A stretch of DNA of 64,000 bases from an uncultured Blautia sp. (GTDB lineage Bacteria; Bacillota; Clostridia; Lachnospirales; Lachnospiraceae). A program made the position numbers and the translations under genes. The notes below the pieces were generated by a model. The model saw only the letters and a program-made list of their open reading frames with translations, was not told where the DNA came from and did not search any database. Shown here one piece after another: positions 17,921 to 26,897 of the stretch. Location of the stretch: assembly GCA_900541345.1 (NCBI GenBank), contig UQJE01000003.1:10533-74532 (forward strand). The letters run 5' to 3'. The stretch's first letter is position 1; every line of letters begins with the position of its first letter.

Positions 17921-18943
17921 TTACTTATCAGAAACGGGAAAACCGCTGCTATATAGAAATTCGCCGTTTTCGGTAATAAAAACAGCTTCTGTATTTTTAA
18001 GATTTTCCACAAGTTCCATGCCTTTTTTTGCGCCGAGCGCAAAGCAGGATGTGCTTAAGGCATCTCCGTCAACGGACTGGTCAGAAAGAATTGTCACAGA
18101 GACGAGATCGTTTGCATAGGGCATACCTGTTTTGGGATTTAAAATATGATGGTATAAAATACCGTCTTTTTTAAAATATCGTTCATAAATACCGGAAGAG
18201 ACAACCGATTTATCGGAAACATTTATGGTGATGGAAGTTTCCCCACGGTCTGAAAAAGGCTTTTGAATGCCGATTTTAAAGGGGGTTCCGTCTGGCTGAC
18301 TGCCGATACAGAGAACATTCCCGCCAAGGTTGATGATTCCGCTTTTTACACCTTCTGATACAAGAAATTCTTTTATTTTATCTGCTATGTAGCCCTTTGC
18401 AATGGCTCCCAGGTCAAGTCCCATTCCCTCTTTTTCAAAGTGAATGGCGTTTCCCTCTACCGTTATATTTTTATAATCTACAAGAGGAAGAGCATTTTTT
18501 AGGGCATCCGTTTCAGGAATGACTTTTTCTTCTGAAGTAAAATCCCAGAGAGAAGACACAGGGGCAAGAGAAAGGTCAAATGCTCCTTCGGAAAGCTCTG
18601 CGTAATAGAGACCTTTTTTTACAAGTTCCGCTGTTTCCGGAGATACTTCGAAAAATCCGTTTTTTTCTGGAAGTGTTCCATGATTCAGCTTATAAATTTC
18701 ACTGGTAGAAAGAGTACGGCTGAAAAGAGATTCATACGTATCACATAGTGCCATTGCCTGTTCAAGCAGTTCGGTATTGATTTTGTCATAAACGGTGATT
18801 TTGATCATGGTGTTCAGTTTAAATCCTGTGACAGAGACGGGTTCTGTTTGTTTTTCCTGCTGTTTCTGATAAAAAAAGAAAAAAGCAGAGAAAAGAAGAA
18901 TAAGAGCTGCACAGGCAGCTGTAATTTTATATTTTCTGCTCAT
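17921..18943 (-). CDS. apbE: FAD:protein FMN transferase (flavin transferase)
   Basis: LDLGAIAKGY, NLGGNV, VVSSGIYER, YHHILNPKTG, DALST; N-terminal TM anchor. Confidence 0.95.
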   Translation of the reverse strand: MSRKYKITAACAALILLFSAFFFFYQKQQEKQTEPVSVTGFKLNTMIKITVYDKINTELLEQAMALCDTYESLFSRTLSTSEIYKLNHGTLPEKNGFFEVSPETAELVKKGLYYAELSEGAFDLSLAPVSSLWDFTSEEKVIPETDALKNALPLVDYKNITVEGNAIHFEKEGMGLDLGAIAKGYIADKIKEFLVSEGVKSGIINLGGNVLCIGSQPDGTPFKIGIQKPFSDRGETSITINVSDKSVVSSGIYERYFKKDGILYHHILNPKTGMPYANDLVSVTILSDQSVDGDALSTSCFALGAKKGMELVENLKNTEAVFITENGEFLYSSGFPVSDK

Positions 18944-19059
18944 AAAATCTCCTTATATTTAATATTTACTGTATTACGTATTGAGTACAGCCTATTGTAT
19001 AGTGTCAGATAGGATATTGTCAAGACGGTTAGACAGAGAGAAAGAAAAATGAAAATTTA

Positions 19060-19110
19060 TATTGACATATGTTAATAACTGTACTATAGTAATAATTAGC
19101 ATATGCCAAT
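19060..19110 (+). promoter_or_regulatory. SigA promoter with two CATATG-centred palindromic operators
   Basis: TTGACA(19062)-17-TATAGT(19085); TATTGACATATGTTAATA 19060-19077 and ATTAGCATATGCCAAT 19095-19110. Confidence 0.7.
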
Positions 19111-19127
19111 AAAAAAGGAGAAGAAAC

Positions 19128-19868
19128 ATGCCAAGACCAAGTAAACCGAGAAAAGTAAAAGCACTTCCGAAAAATGCCGGTTTTTGCCCGAAAGGACAGC
19201 CTGAGTGCAGCCACCCTATTATTTTAAATGTGGAGGAATATGAAACAATCCGCCTGATTGACTATGTGGGGCTGACCCAGGAGGAATGCGCACTCTCTAT
19301 GGGAGTGGGGCGAGCCACTGTGCAGAGTCTTTATGTGGAAGCACGAAAAAAACTTGCCAGGTTTGTGGTAGAGGCATCGGGCCTTCTTATTGAGGGCGGA
19401 AACTATGAAATCTGCTCAGAGAAAATAACTGGCACAAAAATAAAAAAAGAAAAAGGAGATTTAATTATGAAGATTGCAGTTACTTACGAAAACGGACAGG
19501 TCTTTCAGCATTTTGGACACACAGAGCAGTTTAAAATTTATGAAGCAGAAGACGGAAAAGTTGTAAAAGAAGAAGTTGTTGATACAAATGGAAGCGGTCA
19601 TGGCGCGCTGGCAGGCTTCTTAAAAGAGAACGGTGTAGATACTTTGATTTGCGGAGGAATCGGAGGAGGTGCAAGAAATGCACTTGCAGAAGCAGGAATC
19701 CGTCTTTTTCCGGGAGCAGCAGGAGATGCAGATGCACAGGTAGCTTCTTTCCTTTCTGGAAACTTAAATTATAACCCGGATACTATGTGTAACCATCATC
19801 ACCATGAAGAAGGACATACATGCGGAGATCACGGCTGTGGAGAAGGACATCACTGTGGAGAGCATTAA
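19128..19868 (+). CDS. DUF134 DNA-binding domain fused to a NifB/NifX (FeMo-cofactor-binding-like) domain with a His/Cys-rich tail
   Basis: MPRP.K.R, EEYETIRLID..GLTQEECA..MGV.R; VFQHFGH, LICGGIG; CNHHHHEEGHTCGDHGC. Confidence 0.85.
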   Translation: MPRPSKPRKVKALPKNAGFCPKGQPECSHPIILNVEEYETIRLIDYVGLTQEECALSMGVGRATVQSLYVEARKKLARFVVEASGLLIEGGNYEICSEKITGTKIKKEKGDLIMKIAVTYENGQVFQHFGHTEQFKIYEAEDGKVVKEEVVDTNGSGHGALAGFLKENGVDTLICGGIGGGARNALAEAGIRLFPGAAGDADAQVASFLSGNLNYNPDTMCNHHHHEEGHTCGDHGCGEGHHCGEH

Positions 19869-20754
19869 GAATTGTATTCTTTGCCCGAGAGAATGTCGTA
19901 TCAATCGTGAGGACGGAAAACGGGGATATTGCGGCATGGACAGCAAAATATATGCTGCCCGTGCCGCTCTTCATATGTGGGAAGAACCTTGTATTTCCGG
20001 AGAAAAAGGTTCGGGAGCTGTGTTTTTTTCCGGATGTGGTCTTCGCTGTATCTTCTGTCAGAACCGGGAGATTGCCATAGGAAAAGATGGAAAAGAAATT
20101 TCAGTGGAAAAACTGGGAGGAATTTTTATTCATCTGGAAAAACAGGGTGCAGCCAATATTAATCTTGTAACAGGAGCACACTATGTTCCACAGATTATAG
20201 AAGCGCTGAAAATTGCAAAAGAAAAGGGACTGTCTGTTCCTATTGTATATAATTCAAGCGGATATGAAAAGATAGAGACGTTAAAGCTTCTGGAAGGATA
20301 TGTGGATGTGTATCTTCCTGATTTTAAATATATGGAAGGTTCTCTGGCTGAAGATTTTTCAAATGCTCCTGATTATCCGGAGCGGGCAAAGGCAGCTATT
20401 GAAGAGATGGTGCGTCAGACAGGGAACTGCGTATTTAATGAAGACGGGTATATAGAAAAGGGAACGATTGTAAGACATTTGATTCTCCCGGGACATACTG
20501 TAAATTCCAAAAAAGTTCTGGAGTATCTTCACAGCACATATGGAAATAAAATTTTTATCAGCATTATGAATCAGTATACACCTGTATATGAGCAAAAAAA
20601 GTATACGGAATTAAACAGAAAAGTGACAGAAAGAGAATATAAAAAAGTTCTTGATTATGCTCTGGAAATTGGTCTGGAAAATGGATTCTGGCAAACAGGA
20701 GATACTGCAAAGGAAAGTTTTATTCCTGCTTTTGATTATGAAGGTCTTGATTAA
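19855..20754 (+). CDS. Radical SAM protein, PflX family
   Basis: CILCPREC, HMWEEPCISG, CGLRCIFC (CxxxCxxC), IVRHLILPG; GTG start inferred. Confidence 0.88.
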   Translation: MESIKNCILCPRECRINREDGKRGYCGMDSKIYAARAALHMWEEPCISGEKGSGAVFFSGCGLRCIFCQNREIAIGKDGKEISVEKLGGIFIHLEKQGAANINLVTGAHYVPQIIEALKIAKEKGLSVPIVYNSSGYEKIETLKLLEGYVDVYLPDFKYMEGSLAEDFSNAPDYPERAKAAIEEMVRQTGNCVFNEDGYIEKGTIVRHLILPGHTVNSKKVLEYLHSTYGNKIFISIMNQYTPVYEQKKYTELNRKVTEREYKKVLDYALEIGLENGFWQTGDTAKESFIPAFDYEGLD

Positions 20755-20765
20755 AAAAATGCCAT

Positions 20766-20847
20766 AAAAGGAAGGAGGCCGGTACTTTCGTACCGGCGCG
20801 TATGAAAAAGAAAAATATTTAATTAAGAAAGACTTATTGCTTTCTAC
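20766..20847 (-). ncRNA. Putative ~80-nt small RNA (csRNA-like architecture)
   Basis: -10 TATATT (20860-20855) with phased TCACA boxes upstream; 5' hairpin AGAAAG/CTTTCT; UUUUUCAU tract; GCCGGTAC-GAAA-GTACCGGC hairpin; CUCCUUCCUUUU end. Confidence 0.55.
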
Positions 20848-20854
20848 GAGTATT

Positions 20855-20907
20855 AATATAACCTAAAAATGTGAAGAAATTGTGATGTACATTTGAAAAA
20901 AATGTGA
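20855..20907 (-). promoter_or_regulatory. Four TCACA-type boxes at 11-bp period plus -10; probable OmpR-family activated promoter
   Basis: Plus-strand TGTGA 20870, TGTGA 20881, TTTGA 20892, TGTGA 20903. Confidence 0.65.
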
Positions 20908-20919
20908 AAGCAGTAAAGT

Positions 20920-22362
20920 TTATGAGAATTTCTTCCATGTATTCTTTGTAAAAAGAAGAAGAAGCGGGAAAATCTCAAGCCTTCCTGCCAGCATATCAAA
21001 AATCAGCACACATTTTGCAAGGGGAGAAAACAGAGAAAAATTCCCGGTAGGTCCCACAAGCTCAAGACCTGGCCCAATATTATTTAAGGTCGCGGCAACT
21101 GCTGTAAAGTTGGTCGTCAAATCATATGCATCAAGTCCCAGTATTAGGACAGAACCGGCAAAAATCAAAATATATACAGCCATAAAAATATTTGTGGAGC
21201 GGACAACCTCATGAGGAATGGTTTTCTGGTCCATTTTTATTTTTTTAATGGCATTTGGGTGCAGGTAAAGATGAAGTTCTTTAGCCACAGTTTTAAATAA
21301 GATAATAAGACGAGATACTTTAATGCCTCCGCCTGTACTTCCTGCACATGCGCCTACAAACATGAGAAGGACAAGAATGGTCTTGGAAAAAACAGGCCAC
21401 TGGTTAAAGTCTGTTGTGGCGTATCCAGTGGTAGTAATAATAGAGCCGACCTGAAAGGCAGATTGTTGAAGCGCTGTCCATATATTATCAAACATGTGCG
21501 CTGTGTTTATGGCAATAGCAAGTATGGAAGCTCCGATAATGCCGAGGTAATAGCGAAGCTCTTCTACCTTAAATGCCTGTATAAATTTCTTAGTGAGAAG
21601 AAGGAAATACACATTGAAATTTACACCAAACAAAATCATAAATATTGTAACAACTACCTGAATATAAGTGCTGTATCCGCCGAGACTGTCATTTCGGATA
21701 CCAAATCCTCCTGTTCCGGCTGTACCAAAGGAAATACACAAGGTATCAAACAGGGGCATTTTTCCAACAAGAAGCAAAATAATCTGCAGCATAGTCAGCC
21801 CGAAATAAATAGTGTAAAGAATTTTGGCAGTGGACTGTACTTTGGGAACAAGCTTTCCGACAGAAGGTCCCGGGCTTTCTGCTTTCATAAGATTCATATG
21901 GTATCCGCCTGCAAGAGGGAGAAGTGCCAATATAAATACAAGGACACCCATACCGCCGATCCAGTGAGTAAAACTTCTCCATATCAGAATACAGTGAGGA
22001 AGAATTTCCACATCACTGATAATACTTGCTCCTGTTGTAGTAAATCCGGAAACCGTTTCAAAAAGAGCATCAATTGGATGAGAAATACTTCCGGAAAGAA
22101 GAAAGGGAACAGATCCCATAATGCTTAATACAATCCAGCTAAGAGCAACGGCAACAAATCCCTCTTTTGTATAAAAAGCTCGTTTTTGCGGCTTTTTTAA
22201 AGTAAGAGGGATTCCAATAGCGAGACAGATTGCCATAGTAATTAAGAAAGCAAAACCTGATTTTTCTCTATAAATCAAAGCTGTAATACAGGGAAGTGTC
22301 ATAAATGCAGCTTCCAGATTTAAAATCCAGCCAACGATATAAAAGATAATGGAATAATTCAT
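20920..22362 (-). CDS. trkH: Trk potassium uptake membrane subunit
   Basis: SGFTTTGA, WIGGMG, GTAGTGGF, TTTGY, ACAGSTGGGIK, NNIGPG, GRLEIFP. Confidence 0.95.
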   Translation of the reverse strand: MNYSIIFYIVGWILNLEAAFMTLPCITALIYREKSGFAFLITMAICLAIGIPLTLKKPQKRAFYTKEGFVAVALSWIVLSIMGSVPFLLSGSISHPIDALFETVSGFTTTGASIISDVEILPHCILIWRSFTHWIGGMGVLVFILALLPLAGGYHMNLMKAESPGPSVGKLVPKVQSTAKILYTIYFGLTMLQIILLLVGKMPLFDTLCISFGTAGTGGFGIRNDSLGGYSTYIQVVVTIFMILFGVNFNVYFLLLTKKFIQAFKVEELRYYLGIIGASILAIAINTAHMFDNIWTALQQSAFQVGSIITTTGYATTDFNQWPVFSKTILVLLMFVGACAGSTGGGIKVSRLIILFKTVAKELHLYLHPNAIKKIKMDQKTIPHEVVRSTNIFMAVYILIFAGSVLILGLDAYDLTTNFTAVAATLNNIGPGLELVGPTGNFSLFSPLAKCVLIFDMLAGRLEIFPLLLLFTKNTWKKFS

Positions 22363-22372
22363 AAACAATCCC

Positions 22373-23743
22373 TTACCTTTCCAGAATATCGCTGATGTCG
22401 CGAAGTCCCTTATTTGTAGTGACAATGATAACAGTGTCGCCAGGCTGTATCGTATCACTTCCTCGTGGAATCCGTATAGAGCCATGACGATTAATACAAC
22501 CCACGAGAAGATTCTTTTTAAGCGAAAGCTCAGAAAGAGGAATACCTACTGCCGGACAGTTCTCACAGATAGAAAATTCCAGAGCTTCAGCCTGATTGTC
22601 CAGAATGTGATAGAGTATTTTGACATTACTGCCTATCGTATTCTGCATAGCGCGCACATACTGAAGAATAGAATCTGCGGTAATATATTTCGGGTAGATC
22701 ACACTTCCGAGATCCAGACTGTCAATTACATCATCAAAAGCAAGTCGGTTTACTTTTGCAACTACTTTTGCATGAGAAATATTTTTTGCAAAAAGAGAAA
22801 GGAATACATTCTCTTCATCAAGGTTGGTAAGGGTGACAAAAGCTTCAGCTTGCATAAGACCTTCTTCCATCAGGAGAGAGCGATCTGTTCCGTCACCATT
22901 TATAATAGTGGCATCGGGAAGGAGTTCGCTTAAGGTTTCGCATTTATCTTTGTCTTTTTCAATAATTTTTACATCTATTTTCATATCAAGAAGAGCCTGA
23001 GAAAGATAATAGGAAATCGTTCCGCCTCCAATAATAATGGCATTTTTTACCTGGCTTGTTTTCATTCCTATTTTTTTAAAAAAGGAAGCTGTATTTTTAG
23101 GCGGTGCCATAACAGAGAGAATATCGCCGTCGTGAATCTCATAATCTCCTCCGGGGATAGAAACAGAGTCCGGACTTTCAGCGGCACATATCAGAATGTC
23201 ACAGTTAAATTTTTCTTTCAACTGGGAAATACTCATTCCATTAAGATGAAATTCCGGCAGTACTTTAAATTTTACAAGCTCAACTCTGCCTCTTGCAAAA
23301 GTATCAATCTTGAGAGCGGAAGGAAAACGAAGGACACGGGAAATTTCCTGCGCTGCAGCCAGTTCCGGATTAATAAACATGGAAACACCCAGACGCTCTT
23401 TGATAAATGCGCTTTCTTTACTGTATATAGGATTTCTCACGCGGGCGATAGTCTGGCAGTGACCTGCCTTCTGCGCAATAAGGCAGCATAAAAGGTTCAG
23501 TTCGTCAGAACCGGTGACTGCGATCAGAATATCTGCTGTTTCTACACCTGCCTCCATAAGAACATTAATGCTGGCTCCATTTCCCAAAACACCCATAGCA
23601 TCTATATTGTCGCATAAGGACGTCAGTTTTTCCTGAGAAGTGTCAACAAGAGTTATGTCGATGTCTTCTTCCTGTAATTGTTCTGCAAGGGTGCCTCCGA
23701 CTTTTCCACACCCAACGATAATTATCTGAATAGTTTCCTCCAA
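22373..23743 (-). CDS. trkA: Trk potassium uptake NAD-binding subunit
   Basis: IIIVGCGKVG and IIIGGGTI Rossmann motifs, two RCK pairs; true start may be ATT at 23731. Confidence 0.95.
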   Translation of the reverse strand: MEETIQIIIVGCGKVGGTLAEQLQEEDIDITLVDTSQEKLTSLCDNIDAMGVLGNGASINVLMEAGVETADILIAVTGSDELNLLCCLIAQKAGHCQTIARVRNPIYSKESAFIKERLGVSMFINPELAAAQEISRVLRFPSALKIDTFARGRVELVKFKVLPEFHLNGMSISQLKEKFNCDILICAAESPDSVSIPGGDYEIHDGDILSVMAPPKNTASFFKKIGMKTSQVKNAIIIGGGTISYYLSQALLDMKIDVKIIEKDKDKCETLSELLPDATIINGDGTDRSLLMEEGLMQAEAFVTLTNLDEENVFLSLFAKNISHAKVVAKVNRLAFDDVIDSLDLGSVIYPKYITADSILQYVRAMQNTIGSNVKILYHILDNQAEALEFSICENCPAVGIPLSELSLKKNLLVGCINRHGSIRIPRGSDTIQPGDTVIIVTTNKGLRDISDILER

Positions 23744-23948
23744 ATATAATTACTTATATTATAATCACAGCTATTATAACACCGGGGTAGGGAATTTGAA
23801 ATAGAAAAATTATTATTTGAAACTTTTTCACCTGTATGTCTATTTAACAGGTGAGAAGAAAAATAAGAAGGAGGTGATATTTGATAAATAAAATCAATAT
23901 CTGTATGAAAAAAGGCAATATATGAGTAGAATATCACAGCTTGTTTTT

Positions 23949-24854
23949 TTATAATAAGTAAGATTTTTGGCAAATATATTCTTTTGGATTTTGCCCTGTA
24001 CGTTCACGGAACGCTTTGGAGAACCGACTGGAATTGCTGAATCCTGTGAGCTGAGATACCTGAGAAACAGAATAGCGTCCACTTAGAAGGAGGGGAAGAC
24101 TTTGTCTTATCCTGTAGTCACTAAGATATTGAGTGATTGTCTTTCCTGTCATTTTTTTAAAAAAGCGGCAGCAGGTTTCTTTGGTAAGACTCATATGGAG
24201 TGACATATTCCGGAGTGAAAGCGGTTCTTCATAGTGAGTATGAATATAATCAAAAAAGAGCTGCAGCCGCGATAGGTCTTCCTCATTGGAAGGTACCCAG
24301 TTTTTGAGACTTTCCTGATGTTCAGCAATAATTTGAAAAAAAGCATCACAGAGCAGACTTTTTATTTTTAATTGAAATCCGTATGGTTTTTGAGAAAAGT
24401 ACTCGTCTGCTTTTTGGAAAAGATTTATAATTTTGCGGTCGTTTTCACAGGAGGAATCCAGAATAATATAAGGGAGATTCTGGTTGCATAGAAAAGGGCG
24501 AAAACAGTTTTTTTCAATGTCGCTTCCCCATGAATCATAAAGAAACACAGGTTGTATCAGAATGGTAAGAAGCTGTACATCTTCGTCCTTAAAGGGCAGA
24601 GTGCTGTGAGATACATTGGAATTTATAATAAGAGCTTTTCCGGGATGGAGCGAAATAGTGCTCTGGTGGAGGCGGTACTGAACAATTCCTTTTTGTACAA
24701 CAACAACTTCAAGTGTAGGATGCCAGTGGAAAGGAATACAGTGTCCTTGAAAAAAACGAAGATTATCATAGTGAATCGTCATGGGAAAGGTATCTGTACC
24801 ATGATTACATATTTCTTTTTGCTGTTGATCAACTTCTATTGTACGCATTTTCAT
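23949..24854 (-). CDS. AraC family regulator with cupin sensor domain
   Basis: PFHWHPTLE cupin; CRFFKKMTG, GFSNSSRFSKAFR HTH; divergent from a MATE gene. Confidence 0.9.
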   Translation of the reverse strand: MKMRTIEVDQQQKEICNHGTDTFPMTIHYDNLRFFQGHCIPFHWHPTLEVVVVQKGIVQYRLHQSTISLHPGKALIINSNVSHSTLPFKDEDVQLLTILIQPVFLYDSWGSDIEKNCFRPFLCNQNLPYIILDSSCENDRKIINLFQKADEYFSQKPYGFQLKIKSLLCDAFFQIIAEHQESLKNWVPSNEEDLSRLQLFFDYIHTHYEEPLSLRNMSLHMSLTKETCCRFFKKMTGKTITQYLSDYRIRQSLPLLLSGRYSVSQVSQLTGFSNSSRFSKAFRERTGQNPKEYICQKSYLL

Positions 24855-24940
24855 TTTACGGCTCCTTTCTGACTACAGGACTGCTTGTTTTTATTATTAT
24901 AATAACAGATTATTTTATTTTCAAGAGGAGGAAAAAAGAA

Positions 24941-26287
24941 GTGAAAAGTCTTTCGAAAGAAATAGATTTAACAGTAGGAAAGCCGTTTCATTCTTTGTGG
25001 AAGTTTGCGCTTCCTGTTATAGGAGGCAATCTTTTTCAGCTTTTTTACACGCTGGCAGATTCTGTGATTGTAGGAAAAACACTGGGAGCAGGCGCGCTTG
25101 CAGCAGTAGGTTCCACAAGCATTATTGTTTATTTTGTGCTTTGTTTTATACAGGGATTTACGAATGGATTTGGAATTTGTCTTGGACAGAGATGTGGTGC
25201 GAAAGATGAAACGGGAATGAGAAAAAGTATTTCAGTTTCTCTCATATTGAGTATTCTTTTCACAGTTATTGTAACGATATTGTGTTGTATATTAGCGCAT
25301 CCTGTTTTGCGGCTGATGCAAACACCGGAAGATATTTATAGAGATGCCTATGCTTATATGTTTGTAGTTCTTCTGGGAACAGGGACAACTGTTTTTTATA
25401 ATATGATTTCCAATATTTTAAGAGCATTGGGAGACAGCAGAACACCTCTCTGTTTTCTTGTGTTTTCTTCTATGTTAAATGTAATTCTTGATATTATATT
25501 TATTGTGCCTTTTCATATGGGAGTAGCCGGAGCTGCCTGGGCAACAGTTCTTTCTCAGCTTATTTCTTCTATATGCTGCCTGATATCCGGCTTAAAAGCA
25601 TTTCCTGTTCTTCATTTAAGGAAAAAGGATTTTTTTGGAATAAAAGAAACGGTAAAGGTACATGTGAAGCTGGGATTTATTATGGGGTTTCAGATGTCAG
25701 TGATGTGCATCGGGCAACTTTCTATGCAGGCTTCGGTAAACAGACTTGGGTCTGCAGCAGTGGCAGGATATACAGCAGCAACCAAAGCAGATCAGGTTTC
25801 CGTCCTTGTAAATAATGCCATGATGACTGCCATATCCAATTATGTGGCACAGAATTACGGTGCTGGTAAAAAAGACAGGATCCGTAAGGGTGTCTGTGCA
25901 TGTCTCATTCAGACGGAGACATTAAATGCAATAATGTGTGTATGTATTCTGCTTTTGAGAAAACAGATAGTAGAACTTTTTATTGTAAATCCATCGGTTG
26001 AAATTGTAACATATTCAAACGGATATCTAAATATAGTAGCCCCATGTTATTTTCTTTTGGGATTGCTTGCTGTGTATCGAACTTCCATACAGAGCATGCA
26101 AAACAGCATTGCTCCTTTTGCTGCATGTATGATTGAGCTTGTAATGAGAATAGGAAGCACTGTAATTTTGACAGCATTTATTGGATATTATGGAGTATGC
26201 CTTGCAAGTCCCCTGGCCTGGTCTGGCGCATGTGCGCTTTTAATACCTGTTTATTATAAAATTATGAAGAACACACCCTCGCTTTAA
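24941..26287 (+). CDS. MATE family efflux transporter
   Basis: GNLFQLFYTLADSVIVG, LRALGDSRTPL, MGVAGAAWAT; GGAGG RBS before GTG. Confidence 0.92.
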   Translation: MKSLSKEIDLTVGKPFHSLWKFALPVIGGNLFQLFYTLADSVIVGKTLGAGALAAVGSTSIIVYFVLCFIQGFTNGFGICLGQRCGAKDETGMRKSISVSLILSILFTVIVTILCCILAHPVLRLMQTPEDIYRDAYAYMFVVLLGTGTTVFYNMISNILRALGDSRTPLCFLVFSSMLNVILDIIFIVPFHMGVAGAAWATVLSQLISSICCLISGLKAFPVLHLRKKDFFGIKETVKVHVKLGFIMGFQMSVMCIGQLSMQASVNRLGSAAVAGYTAATKADQVSVLVNNAMMTAISNYVAQNYGAGKKDRIRKGVCACLIQTETLNAIMCVCILLLRKQIVELFIVNPSVEIVTYSNGYLNIVAPCYFLLGLLAVYRTSIQSMQNSIAPFAACMIELVMRIGSTVILTAFIGYYGVCLASPLAWSGACALLIPVYYKIMKNTPSL

Positions 26288-26299
26288 GCGAGGGTGTGC
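26270..26299. terminator. Hairpin between convergent MATE and cotJC
   Basis: acacaccctcgc-ttaa-gcgagggtgtg. Confidence 0.7.
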
Positions 26300-26302
26300 T
26301 GT

Positions 26303-26851
26303 TTAATGACAGTTTTTCTGCTCTCTAGAGTGAGGAATCGGCATATCGAAGCTCGGGTTAAAAGCATAAAAGTTCTTTGCGTCAAGCTCTTCCTGAACGG
26401 AGCGAAGTGCTTCGCCGAATCTTTGGAAATGCACAACTTCACGTGCACGAAGGAACCTAATTGGATCAGCGATTTCCGGTATATCCCGGACAACGCGAAG
26501 AATGTTATCGTAGGTGCTTCTGGCTTTTTGTTCTGCTGCAAGGTCTTCGTGAAGATCTGTAATGGGGTCACCCTTGCTCTGGAATTCACAGGCATTAAAA
26601 GGAATACCACCTGCTGCCTGAGGCCAGATTCCGATTGTATGGTCGATATAATAAGGACCGAAACCGGAATTTTTAATTTCTTCCATAGAAAGGTTTCGAG
26701 TAAGCTGATGAACAATGGTGGAAACCATCTCCAGGTGCGCAAGTTCTTCTGTTGCAATATCGTTCAGTACTGCAGTTGCCATACGGTTCGGCATGGAGAA
26801 CCTCTGAGACAGGTAGCGCATAGATGCTCCTATTTCTCCGTCAGGTCCGCC
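26303..26851 (-). pseudogene. cotJC: 3' portion of manganese-catalase-family spore coat gene, interrupted just before GGPDGE
   Basis: GGPDGE..ASMRYLSQR, DIATEELAHLE, EDLAAEQKAR, REVVHFQRFGE present and in frame; the expected ~25-aa N-terminus is replaced by non-homologous sequence adjoining a recombinase gene. Confidence 0.85.
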
Positions 26852-26866
26852 GCATGGCATAAGGAC
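26845..26866 (-). other. Candidate serine recombinase hybrid attachment site at the cotJC breakpoint
   Basis: GTCC-N14-GGAC inverted repeat straddles the point where CotJC homology begins. Confidence 0.5.
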
Positions 26867-26897
26867 ATAAGAATAAGAATGTGTAAAATGGAAAGCG

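Noticed and set aside
19128..19868. Evidence for nitrogen fixation
   Set aside because: NifB/NifX-like domains occur widely without nif genes, and none are present here
20773..20823. Plus-strand mini-ORF MKKKNI* with AGGAGG upstream
   Set aside because: The SD is 23 nt away across a hairpin; better explained as the complement of the minus-strand sRNA arms
21463..22128. Long antisense ORFs (also 26294-26908, 37091-37786, 44974-45507)
   Set aside because: Shadows of well-supported genes on the opposite strand with no recognisable motifs
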